From Chiloscyllium plagiosum (lineage: Eukaryota): DNA of 64,000 bases. Of this stretch, positions 50,782-62,310 are shown piece by piece (positions within the stretch are counted from its first letter, which is position 1; every line of letters starts with the position of its first letter). The DNA is taken from positions 296,979 to 360,978 of the forward strand of contig NC_057751.1 of the NCBI RefSeq assembly GCF_004010195.1, given 5' to 3'. The position numbers were made by a program, and so were the translations under genes. A model generated the notes under the pieces. It made no database searches. It was not told the DNA's origin and saw nothing but the letters and a program-made list of their open reading frames with translations.

Positions 50782-51309
50782 ATGATCTTGGATCACCCTG
50801 ATTTAGAAGACAGCGGAGGTGGAGTCACTGAAATGTTTAACGGCAGTGAATAGATTTGTTAAGTCAGGGAATCACAGATTATCAAGAAAAGATGGGAAGG
50901 TGGAATTCAAAACACAACCAGATCAGTTGTAGAATGGTGATACAAGCTCCTCAGGCTAAATCGTCTATTTCTGCTCCTAATTCCTATGTCTGCATGTACG
51001 GGTAAGTTGGAGCCAGGTTGTTCAAAGGTGATAAATGGAAGCACTGTTCTATACAGCAGGTGGTGGAAATCTGGAGTATTTCTCTCGTAAAGCATGAGAG
51101 TCTGAGGGGGGAGATCAGACAAGCCAATTGCTACATTGACATTGGCCAAGATTATGAAGCATCCTAAAGCAAGGTGAGGAAATGGAACTCCTTGCAGATG
51201 TGGGATGATTGGATGAATGGCAGAGCAGGCTTCAAGTGTTGAATGGCCTCATCCTGCTCCTCTGCTTGCTCAGTTAGAAATAAAGAAGTGATGGCCTATT
51301 GGTAACAGC

Positions 51310-51398
51310 CTGAAGAAGGGCTTATGCCCGAAACGTCGATTCTCCTGTTCCCTGGATGCTGCCTGACCTGCTGCGCTTTTCCAGCAACACATTTCCAG
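51310..51398 (+). mobile_element. PLE terminal-repeat mini-insertion beginning at an intact hammerhead core (51310-51337)
   Basis: CTGAAGA-AGGGC-TTAT-GCCC-GAAACGTC. 14-bp TSD ctattggtaa(c/t)agc at 51296-51309 and 51399-51412. Confidence 0.85.
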
Positions 51399-51879
51399 CT
51401 ATTGGTAATAGCGCCAGACTATTAATCTAGAAACCCTGGTAATGTTCTGGGGCCCCCAGTTTGAATTCTGCCATGTCAGACATGGAACCTGAATTCAATC
51501 AAAATCTAGAATTAAAACCATAACAGTGACCATTAATTATTGTTGAGTATTAGAAAAACACCCCATCAGGTTCACAAACAGAGAGGAATCTGCCTTCCTA
51601 CCTGATCTGACCTACATGTGACTCTGGATCCAAAGCAATGTGGTGTGGTCGACTCTGCCTTTTGGTCAATTAGAATTAAATCATAGCTTTAAGCAGTATG
51701 CCCACATCCCATGATCAATTGAAGAAAGCAGAAAAACAGCATGGGCAGAATGGTGACTGGGCAGTGGGCTTATTGACCAAGGCAGCTGCCAGTTCATTTA
51801 GCAATTTGTTTTGATAATTCCACAGTTCCCAGGTCAGACATGTATCTTGAGCAAGTCTCTTGTGTTCCTTCCGTATGTG

Positions 51880-52240
51880 TCAATTGTGGCTCAGTAGACA
51901 GACTCTTACTTGCTAGTCAGATACTGGTGTAAATCTCACATACTGTGGGAGTGCCACACTGGCAGGGGAACCATTTTACAGCTCACACACTAAACAAGAC
52001 TCCCAGTTTCCACACACTATTCTCAAGAGCTAAGGGGTTTTACCTGGAATTATGATCAACATTTATATTTCAAACAAGACCATTACCCCTTTGCTGGTTG
52101 TGGGAGTTTGCTATGCAGCAACTGGTTGTTATTCTGCATTACAACACTGAAAATATTTTACTTGTCTGTCATTGGCTGTGAGGCCCTTCAGGACATGCCA
52201 AGGATGTGGAAAAGTGTTATTGATTCCCTTGTTCTTTCAT
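51880..52240 (+). mobile_element. Old DeuSINE/SacSINE1-like SINE
   Basis: gtggctcagtag head, tgtgggagtttgctatg...cattacaaca...cattggctgtga tail. Confidence 0.55.
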
Positions 52241-52359
52241 TCTCCATCATCACTGCTCACTTCCTTATTGGGATGGAGACACTCATCCAAGTTTCCTTAT
52301 AGACCTCCAGAATTCTTCTCCAGTGCCCCTCCACCTGCTTGCTCCTTCACATGGTGACT

Positions 52360-53215
52360 ATCATTGAGTCATATGGCATAGGAATAGGACTTTGGGCTCA
52401 TCACATCTATGCCGACCAACGTACTTCTGATAACTTCTACACTCACATCCAAGTCATTAATGCACATAATAAACAGCAAGGGTCCCAGCACCGATCACTG
52501 TGGTACATAAAACATCTCTCCATCATCACTCTTTCACTTCCGATTTGGATGCAGTTTGCCAACTTGCCTTAGATCCTATGTGCGATTACATTCTGGACCT
52601 GCCTTCCACGTGGGACCTTGTCAAAGGCCTGACTGAAGGCCATGTAAAACACACTACCCTCACGAATGTATTTCATCAACTTTTCAAAAAACTCAGTTAA
52701 ATTGGTCAGACAGGATCTCCCTTGAACAAATCCATGCTGACTATCGCTGACCAAGCCTCTCTGTTCTAAGTATTGATTAATCCTGTTCTTCAGAATTTTT
52801 TCCAATAATTTCCCTTCTGGTGACATCAAAAACTGGTCTGTAATTACCTGGCCTATCCCTGCTGCTTTTCTTGAACAAAGGAACCACATGAGCTATCCTC
52901 CAGGGATCTGGTCCTTCACCCGTGGCCAGCCAGGTATTAGATATCTCTGCCAGGGCCCCAGAATCACCTCCCTTGCCTCGAAGGCAGTCTGGGATACATC
53001 TCATCCAGTCCTGGATTCTCATCCACCTGCATACCAGTTAAAACCTGCAACATCTCATCCTTATTAATCTTAACATGTTTAAGCGAAGCAATGAATGCAG
53101 TTGAAAAATTTTCATTTCAGATCTCACCCACATCCTCTGACTTTGTGCAAGTTTGCCCCCTTTGGTCTCGAGTAGTTCCCACTCTTTCTTTGCTAATCTT
53201 CTCAACTTTAACATA
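52360..53215 (-). mobile_element. Degenerate CR1 RT fragment
   Basis: WRIAHVVPLFKK, PGNYRPV, QHGFVQGRSCLTNL. Confidence 0.88.
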
Positions 53216-54421
53216 CTTGGATAGGGAGAAATCAGAACTGATGAACAGTCACTGGACTCAAAACATTAACTCTGTTTTCTCCCCACAGATGATGCAGACC
53301 TGCTGCATTCCACCAGTGATTTCTGTTCCAGATCTCCAGCTCTTTGTTTTATTTCACTGATTTTAAATGACTATTTAGAGAGTTAAACCTTTGCTGGAAC
53401 TAAATCCAATCAGGGAACCAGGTTTAATAGACAACAAGTATCTGAAAGCTACTTTGGAAAAAAGAACAATTGAAGTTGATATTTGTCTGGAGTTAAAACT
53501 CTGTTTACCATACAATAAAAAGAGTAGAGCAATGAGTAATAACTTCATACATATTCATTAATGAGGTTCGGAAATGGAAGTACACAGCAAATACAGAGGC
53601 AACAACTGATAACCTAGCATACATGAAAAGTGCAGTCATTATTCTTGGTTGCACAGTGATCTAAATTTCCCTTTTCAAACTGGGACAAACAGTAGCACCA
53701 GGATTTAAACCTCCAGGAATTCAGACAGAACCACTTCCAACTCAAAACAAAAAACCTCCCTTTGGCTGTGCTGAGTAAAAGCAGCTTCTGGACAGTGTAG
53801 CGTAGAGCAGTATCGCTAGTGTGATAACCTCAGGTGAGGCAGTTGAACAATGTGCCAGGTAACAGCTGAGTCGGACCATCCCATAGTGTAGTTTCAAGTC
53901 CACTCCCTACTGTAGCTGAGGTGGCACCATGCAGTCAGCTGCTCAATGACATCCTGTGGTCAATGGGACCTCCATCTTTATCCAAGTTGGGCTGACAATC
54001 CACTCCAATCACACATGATCCAACTGATATTCTCATATCCTCAAGGCAAGAAGCAATGGGCAATAATATCACCTCACCCTATTCTCTAAGGAAGGGGAAG
54101 GGGAGAAATAAAGTAAAAATTGAGCACTTGTTTACAACAGTTTCCTCTTGCCTGTTGCAGTTTTGGAAATTGGGAAATCTAAGGCCACTGCAGCCAGCAA
54201 AGTGAGGCCTCGCACTTGAAGGGTAACCTGTGGCTGTATGTATTCCACTGTTCCTCTTGAAATGTTAAGTACAGGAAAAAGCAGCAGCAGCCAGGGACAC
54301 TTACACTCATTGCCAACACTCAGCAGTTGAATGTGGCTAGATACTCAGCTTGGCTTGCAGAACAGCAATTGGGATGTGGCCATGAGTGAGAACACACAAT
54401 TACCAACACACAAACACATAC

Positions 54422-54451
54422 CTGAAGAAGAGGTTACTGCATCAGTCATTG
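54422..54451 (-). CDS. PPP3CC: Calcineurin A 30-nt cassette exon (AMTDAVTSSS)
   Basis: Acceptor catcctcacag, donor CAG|gtatgt. 30 nt, phase 1-1, at the position of the 10-aa ATVEAIEADE-type exon of vertebrate calcineurin A genes. Confidence 0.85.
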
Positions 54452-54770
54452 CTGTGAGGATGAACGTCAGCATGGAGGAAAAAAAAGAGACAATGATGTG
54501 AGGCACCAGAAACTCTTACAATACAATTTATCACCAGCTCAGCTCAAGTACTTGGCAGAATGCAGAGTCGCTCTTCCGTACTGTGGGCTTGACCATTAAT
54601 TTGCAAAGCATTATACAACGATCAGCAAACTTTGGGCATGTCACACACATTTTGGTGACTCATTAGATTGCTCCAATGGCAGGTTGCTCCGAACTCAGTC
54701 GAGATCAAAATGAGGTTTGTTCCACCCTGCAACACAGTTACAAGCACTTGGCTCTCCCTGTGAATAATTT

Positions 54771-57683
54771 AGAACATAGAACAGAGAACAGTACAGCACA
54801 GAACAGGCCCTTCAGCCCACGATGTTGTGCCGATCATTGATCCTCATGTATGCACCCTCAAATTTCTGTGACCATATGCATGTCCAGGAGTCTCTTAAAT
54901 GTCCCCAATGACCTTGCTTCCATAACTGCTGCTGGCAATGCATTCCATGCTCTCACAACTCTCTATGTAAAGAACCCACCTCTGACATCCCCTCTATACT
55001 TTCCTCCAACCAGCTTAAAACTATGACCCCTCGTGTTAGCCATTTCTGCCCTGAGAAATAGTTTCTTGCTATCGACTCTATCTATGCCTCTCATTATCCT
55101 GTACACCTCAATTAGGTCCCCTCTCCTCCTCCTTTTCTCAGTCAACCTCTCTTCATAAGATAAGCCCTCCAGTCCAGGCAGCATCCTGGTAAACCTCCTC
55201 TGAACCCTCTCCAAAGCATCCACATCTTTCCTATAATAGGGTGACCAGAACTGGACGCAGTATTCCAAGTGCGGTCTCACCAAAGGTTTATAGAGCTGCA
55301 ACAAGATCTCACGACTCTTAAACTCAATACCCCTGTTAATGAAAGCCAAAACACCATATGCTTTCTTAACAACCCGGTCCACTTGGGTGGCCATTTTAAG
55401 GGATCTATGTACCTGCACACCAAGATCCCTCTGTTCCTCCACACTGCCAAGAATCCTATCCTTAATCCTGTACTCAGCTTTCAAATTCGACCTTCCAAAA
55501 TGCATCACCTCGCACTTATCCAGGTTGAACACCATCTGCCACCTCTCAGCTCATCTCTGCATCCTGTCAATGTCACGCTGCAGCCTACAACAGCCCTCTA
55601 TACTGTCAACGACACCTCCAACCTTTGTGTCGTCTGCAAACTTGCTGACCCATCCTTCAATCCCCTCATCCAAGTCATTAATAAAAATTACAAACAGTAG
55701 AGGCCCAAGAACAGAGCCCTGTGGAAGACCACTCACCTCCAGGCAGAATATCTTCCTTCTACTATCACTCGCTGTCTTCTGTTGACCAGCCAATTCTGTA
55801 TCCAGACAGCTAAGTTCCCCTGTATCCCATTCCTTCTGACCTTCTGAATGAGCCTACCATGGGGAACCTTATCAAATGCCTTGCTGATGTCCATATACAC
55901 CACATCCACAGCTCGACCCTCATCAACTTTTCTAGTCACATCCTCAAAGAACTCGATAAGATTTGTGAGGCATGACCTGCCCCTCACAAAGCCGTGTTGA
56001 CTGCATTTAATCAAGTCATGCTCTTCCAGATGGTCATAAATCCTATCCTTCAGTATCCGTTCTAACACCTTGCAGACGACAGACGTGAGACTGACTGGTC
56101 TGTAATTGCCAGGGATTTCCCTATTTCCTTTCTTGAAGAGAGGAATTACATTTGCCTCTCTCCAGTCCAGTGGAGAGTGAGGATGCAAAGACCTTCGCAA
56201 GTGGCGAAGCAATTGCATTTCTCGTTTCCCAAACCAGCCGAGGACAAATCTTGTTCGGGCCTGGCAACTTGCCAATCTTAATGTTTGACAAAATTTTCAG
56301 CACATCAGCTTCCTCTATCTCTATGCATTCCAGCATGCACACCTGCTCTTCAAAGGTTTCATTCACTACAAAGTTTGCTTCTTTCGTAAAGACAGAAGCA
56401 AAAAACTCATTTAGGGCTTCCCCTACCTCTTCGGATCCCACACACAAGTTTCCTATGCTATCCCTGATTGGCCCTACTCTTTCTTTGACCATTCTCTTAT
56501 TCCTCACATAAGTGTAAAATGCCTTTGTGTTCTCCCTAATCCGTTCTGCCAAGCCTTTCTCGTGCCCCCTCCTGGCTCTCCTCAGACCATTTTTGAGCTC
56601 CTTCATCGCCTGCCTGTAATCCTCTAGAGCTGAGCTTGACCCTAGCTTCCTCCACCTTATGTAAGTTACCTTCTTCCTTTTGATGAGAAGCTCCACCGCT
56701 CTCTCCATCCAAGGTTCCTTTATCTTACCCCTTCTTGCCTGTCTCAGAGGGACATATTTATTCATCACTCGCAACAACTGTTCCTTAAACAGTCTCCACA
56801 TGTCCATAGTGCCTTTACCATGGAACAATTGCTCCCAGTCCATGCTTCCTAACTCATGTCTAATCGCATCATAGTTTCCTCTTCCCCATTTAAATATCCT
56901 CCCATTTTGCCTCATCCTCTCCTTCCCCATAGCTATGTAGAATGTGAGGCAGTTGTGGTCACTTTCACCAAAATGCTCTCCCACCACAAGATCTGATACC
57001 TACCCCGGCTCGTTTCGGAGCACCAAGTCTAGAATGGCCTCTCCCCTCGTCGGCCTGTCAACGTACTGAGTTAGGAAACCCTCCTGAACACACCTTACAA
57101 AAACAGCTCCATTCAAATCTTCTGCTCGAAGGAGGTTCCAATCAATATTGGGAAAGTTAAAGTCACCCATTACAACAACCCTACTACGTCCACACTTTTC
57201 CAAAATCTGCCGACCTATTATTTCTTCCATCTCCCTGCTGCTATTGGGGGGCCTGTAGTAAACCCCTAACGAGGTGACTGCTCCCTTGCTGTTCCTAATT
57301 TCCACCCATACTGACTCGGTAGGCAGATCTTCCTCGACAATGGAAGCTTCTGTAGCTGTGATACCCTCTCTGATTAATAGTACTACACCCCCTCCTCTTT
57401 TCCCCCCTCCCTATTCTTTTTAAATGCTCTAAACCCTGGAACATCTAGCAACCATTCCTGCCCCTGAGAAACCCATGTCTCTGTTATGGCCACAACATCA
57501 TAGCACCAGTACTGATCCATGCTCTAAGTCCATCACTTTTATTCCTGATACTCCTTGCGTTAAAGCAAACACACTTTAACTGACCCCTTGGTTCCTTCCC
57601 AGGAAAATCCTTCCCACTAGCTGGTCTACCTTTTGCTATTGCCTCATCTGCATCACATCTCACCTCCGGTATACAGCTCAGGT
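54771..57683 (-). mobile_element. Young CR1/HER1 LINE, nearly complete ORF2 (APE endonuclease + RT) with a few frameshifts
   Basis: CFNARSIRNK, GVYYRPPN, MGDFNFPNIDW, SDHN, QHGFVRGRSCLTNL, QGSVLGP, KFADDTK. 7-bp TSD ataattt at 54764-54770 and 57684-57690. Confidence 0.97.
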
Positions 57684-58357
57684 ATAATTTGAAACACAGA
57701 CTGACTGAGGAGCAAGGCAGCATCAATATCCCCATTTCCAGCCAATCTCCCTATGGGTATAAAGGCAGCAGCAGGGGGCTACTGTCTGGGTTCAGGGCTC
57801 CATTTATGTCCTCAGTATCACTGCTGATGACCCGTTCACTTAATGAGTCTGGACAAAACACATAGCCCACAACCTCACTCGAAGCAGACGTCCTGAACTG
57901 GGGTTGGGAGGAAATTTCACACCAGCATATGAATTCATCATTCTGAGGGTGTGTCAGCAGGAGCTGAGACAGCAGCTTTCAAACTAGGACATCGCAAAGT
58001 TACAGCCAGGAGAGGGATCAATGTTGCAGTGATTGCGCATGAAATGAGAAAAGGGAATTTCTCCCGGACAATAGCATTGATCGTAGTGAACCCTCAGGCA
58101 CCTCTGGTTTCTGTTTCCAACTGAATTGCTTCAACGTTCCAATTTTCCAACTAAAGCACTGGCAAAGAGAATGTGGTGAAGTGCTTTGAACAGGGCTAGG
58201 GCTGGAGAGGGAAGGATAACTGTGAGAGGGAACAGGAACGTTCAATGTGTTTCACAGAGAGCTAGAAAGAAGGCATATGGTATATAGGAGAGAAACAGCT
58301 TGTCTGTGCCCTGAGGGACAGTCCTGAAGGCACACACTGCACACTAACTTTCCTAAC

Positions 58358-58455
58358 CTTTCTCCAAGGCTGATTTTCCTCCTGCCAAGGCACCAAGAGG
58401 CAGATTGCCGCTTGGAGTCAAGCCTTTTAACGTCAGTACATTTTCATGTTCCTCT
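58358..58455 (-). CDS. PPP3CC: Calcineurin A regulatory-domain exon ([32 protein letters not shown])
   Basis: Acceptor ctctttgcag, donor AG|gttagg, 98 nt, phase 2 to 1. Homologous to [26 protein letters not shown]. Confidence 0.95.
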
Positions 58456-58600
58456 CTGCAAAGAGAACAAACCAACAGAAAGGTTAACTTGAAAGAGGTG
58501 CCAAAAAAACATGAAATGAAGGCACCGCGTGCATAGTCATACAGCAGCAGCGCAGCACACTTCCAGCCACTGAGAAATCAGGAACATCAGACAAACCTAC

Positions 58601-58682
58601 CTAAGAACAGTAAAGACTCGGGCCATCTTGCCAATTGCACGGATCTTGTTCTTGATGACTTCCTTGCGATCATGTTGAGAAG
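58601..58682 (-). CDS. PPP3CC: Calcineurin A calmodulin-binding exon ([28 protein letters not shown])
   Basis: Acceptor ctttgtctcag, donor AG|gtaggt, 82 nt, phase 1 to 2. Canonical CaM-binding helix. Confidence 0.97.
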
Positions 58683-59177
58683 CTGAGACAAAGAGGTGCA
58701 CAAGGCTATCATTAGGCTCGACAGACCCCTGACCCAGTCAGCCCCAAGCAAGTTACACAGAAGCATTGGGTTTTATGGATGGTGACCAACACAATGGTCA
58801 AGGTGCAATCCAGGGCCATCAGAACATACACCATGAATTCCTCTAGAAGAAAGCTCACAATGAGAGTCCAGATTTGAGCCTTAATTTTAGCACTTACAGC
58901 AAAAATGCATTCATCCCAATATATTCACCACTTTCCATAAAATCTCCATAGTGAGGAAATAGGCCATTCGGCTTAGAGAACTCTTCTCTCACTCTCTGTC
59001 CTTAAACTGTCAAGCTAAGGACACGGTGATCGTGAGAAAGCCATTTGTAATCTCAGTCAAATTCAGTCATTAAAATGAGATCGCTGGTCATGACCACCTT
59101 GCTTGAAAAGGTTGCTGTGCACGATATGTTTACAGTGTTTTCCACTCTTCTTTATTGACTATGCTGCAAAAAGACTT

Positions 59178-59531
59178 CATAGAATCTGTACAGCGTTGAA
59201 GCAGGCCATTCAGCCCATCAAGTCCATACTGACCCTATGAAGAGCATCCCACCCAGACCCACCATCCTACCCAATCCCTGTACAGCTCCATTTCCCACAG
59301 CTAACCCACCTAGCCTGCACACCCCTGGACACTATGGGCAATTTAGCATGGCCAATCGACCTCTACTGCACATCATTGGACTGTGGGAGGAAACTGCAGC
59401 ACCCCACAGAAACCTACGTGGACACGGTCGAATGTGCAAACTCACATAGACAGTTGCCTGAGAATGGAATCGAACCCAGGTACCTGACACTGTGAGGCAG
59501 CAGTGCTAACCACTGAGACACCGTGCTGCCC
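59178..59531 (-). mobile_element. HE1-type V-SINE, older subfamily, inserted in a DeuSINE-like remnant
   Basis: Same head and core as 4617-4948. The flanks (59090-59177, 59532-59610) join into a DeuSINE-like tail. Confidence 0.88.
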
Positions 59532-59742
59532 CAAGCCATTTCATTCACTGTGAAGTGATTTGCAATGGCTCGAGGTTGTGAAAACCTCGACACAAATGTA
59601 AGTTGGTTTCTCCCTCAATACTAACATTAGTCACAACAGGAGGGAGAAAGGAAGTTGGATGAAAGGTGGCCAGCCCCTGATCAACTGCAACCTTCCATCA
59701 CCCACCATCGGATCAAAGGCATTGGGTTCAGTTCATACTTAC

Positions 59743-59808
59743 CATCGTCATCATCCAGGAGCTCATCGTCAGTACAGATGTTCAGGATGTTGACCAGCAT
59801 GTCTGTAA
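59743..59808 (-). CDS. PPP3CC: Calcineurin A exon, end of CnB-binding helix (VTDMLVNILNICTDDELLDDDD)
   Basis: Acceptor tgtctcttacag, donor G|gtaagt, 66 nt, phase 1-1. Matches VTEMLVNVLNICSDDEL. Upstream exons lie beyond the window. Confidence 0.97.
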
Positions 59809-60126
59809 CTGTAAGAGACAGCAGACAATTCAGGCCAGGCAGAATCACAGTGCCATGCAGAACTCAGAGCTCGAGAATCATTTGGCTGTTAGAAGCAATA
59901 TTATTCTTAGAACAAATGGTAAGACTTGTCCTCAACTAAGTGATTGTACAGAATTGAACTATATTCCTCTAATCCCAAGCACATTCACAAGACAGACTAA
60001 CTGCAGGGACAAGGTCAGTTACATAAAAAGGCCAAGGGTCTGAATTCAAAAGTGAGAAAGTTGGGAAGACTTCACACAGTCGAGTCAATTTTGTGTCATC
60101 AAGATCACAATGCTGACATTCTGAGA

Positions 60127-60447
60127 ATTAGATTAGATTAGATTAGATTAGATTAGATTAGATTACAGTGTGGAAACAGGCCCTTCGGCCCAACAAGTCC
60201 ACACCGCCCCGCCGAAGCGTAACCCACTCATACCCCTACATTTACCCCTTACCTAACACTACGGGCAATTTAGTATGGCCAATTCACCTGACCTGCACAT
60301 CTTTGGATGGTGGGAGGAAACCGGAGCACCTGGAGGAAACCCACGCAGACACGGGGAGAACGTGCAAACTCCACACAGTCAGTCGCCTGAGGCGGGAATT
60401 GAACCCGGGTCTCTGGCGCTGTGAGGCAGCAGTGCTAACCACTGTGC
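60127..60447 (-). mobile_element. HE1-type V-SINE, young, slightly 5'-truncated
   Basis: (GATTA)7 tail; near-identical to 50466-50781. Confidence 0.95.
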
Positions 60448-60841
60448 AATCTTCAGATCAGGTTTTCGTTTAGGTGAAAGTCAATTATAAGTAACAGTTC
60501 AGCAGTCAGAGTTGAAGATGAATTTTAAAAATAGTGATTTCTGGAATGTCCTCAGGTTCCCAGAAGACATTTTACTGTGCAGCTTGTCTGGTTTCTTCTT
60601 ATTTAGGAACAAGAGGAATCCTTCCATTTGTGACCAGCTCCTTGGAGGTTATTCCTTCAACTCACTCACCTATACGTGTATCGAAACTACATCTTCAGTT
60701 GGCTGTTGCTCAACAACATTCAGCAGGTCCACCCCTTTTTATGTAACTGACATTGTCTCTGCAGAGTTAATCTGTCTTGTGAATGTGCTTGGGATTAGTG
60801 GGATATAGTTCAATTCTGTACAATCAATTAGTTGAGGGCAA

Positions 60842-62310
60842 CCTTGGCAGGTCCACACCCCCCCGCCAACAACCCACCCTCCACTCCCTGCACTTTCCCC
60901 TGCCACCGCAAGAAGTGCAAAACCTGTGCCCACACCTTCCCCCCTTACTTCTGTCCAAGGCCCCAAAGGACTCTTCCACATCCGACGGAGATTTACCTGT
61001 ACTTCCACATATGTCATCGAGTGTGTCCAATGCTCTTGAATTGGTCTCCTCTACATTGAGGAGACAGGACACCAACTTGCAGAATATCTCTGGGACACAC
61101 GCATCCAACAAACCCCACCACCCCATGGCTGAACACTTCAACTCTCCTTCCCACTCCGCCAAAGACATGCAAATCCTGGACTTCCTCCACTGCCAAACTC
61201 TCGTCACCTGATGCCTGGAGGAAGAACGCCTCAGCTTTTGCCTTGGGACCATCAACAACATGGGATCAATGTGGATTTCACCGGTTTCCTCATTTCCCGC
61301 CCCTGACCTTATCCCAGATCCAACCTTCCACTTGGCACCACCCTCTTGAACTGTCCTACCTGTCCACCTTCCTTCTCACTATTATGACACGGGGTAAACC
61401 CCTCTGCTAATTTAAACTCAACACACAGAGAAGCTCACCTTGCGCTGTAATCTGTTAAATTTAGAGGGGCAAAGAACTATCCCTGAAGTCACTATTTAAA
61501 GTAATTACTCTAAGTTCAACAGAGAACATTAAAACCAATTACTACTTGTAACTCATTTCTCTTAAATCTATCTTTTACCTCCCACTCTAAAATACTAGTC
61601 CGATAAAAAATCCTGATTAAGATTTACAAAAAAAAAATCACATTTCAAAACCAGTCAGTTTTGTCAAATCTCCTTTGTAGATTTTCCTCTGCAGATTCTC
61701 TCCAGGTTGGCCTCAATGTTCAGCTACGCAAACTCCGCACAGACAGGTCCCTTTCAGAGAGCTCTTCAGCTAGCAGTCTATATTTGTTGGTCTTTGGCAG
61801 TTCTCCCCCGAACTGTTCAAAATGTCTGGTTTCATACCCCAAAACATCAGATTGTTTCATTGGTTTTAATACTATCAACACACTAAATTCAAATTTGATT
61901 AGATTTGGGTATCTTGGGGCAAATTTTAAACTGATTGGCTGAATTTGAATTTGTTTTTGTTTCACAGCAACTCATCTGCAGCTATTTGTTTTGACCAAGT
62001 ATTACATTGTTACATTGCTCAGGACTTCCTGTGCTTTGTTCGTCCTTACTAGCTTTTCAACTCTCTTAAAAGTACAGTACATCTCTACACCTTCATAACA
62101 CCCCCGATCCGTTCCACCTTCACCCCCACCTTCATCTACTTATTGCATTCCCAACTACATTCACCCCAGCCCCACCCCCTCGCTCCTATTTATCTTTCAG
62201 CCCCCTTGGGCCACCGCCTCATTCCTGATGAAGAGTTGCTGTTCGCAACATCGACTCTCTTACTCCTCAGATGCTGCCTGACTGGCTGTGTTTTTTCAGC
62301 ACCATACTCT
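60842..62310 (+). mobile_element. Penelope-like element 3' fragment (GIY-YIG region + terminal repeat) split by a 720-bp insertion
   Basis: CTFPCHRKKCKTCAH, MAEHFNSPSHS. Resumes at 62101; degenerate hammerhead attcCTGATGA at about 62221. Confidence 0.85.
61380..62100. mobile_element. Probable solo LTR
   Basis: Non-coding 721-bp block interrupting a PLE, with short inverted termini tattatga...tcataaca (degenerate TG...CA). Confidence 0.6.

Noticed and set aside
58340..58357. Possible CnA-beta1-like alternative C-terminus by read-through into the intron
   Set aside because: Read-through gives GGT TAG (Gly-stop) at once; no LxVP- or Cys-containing tail is encoded.
48954..59808. Idea that this is a fourth, lost calcineurin A paralog
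   Set aside because: The adjacent SORBS3 and gamma-type residues are explained more simply by PPP3CC orthology; a phylogeny would be needed to revive the idea.
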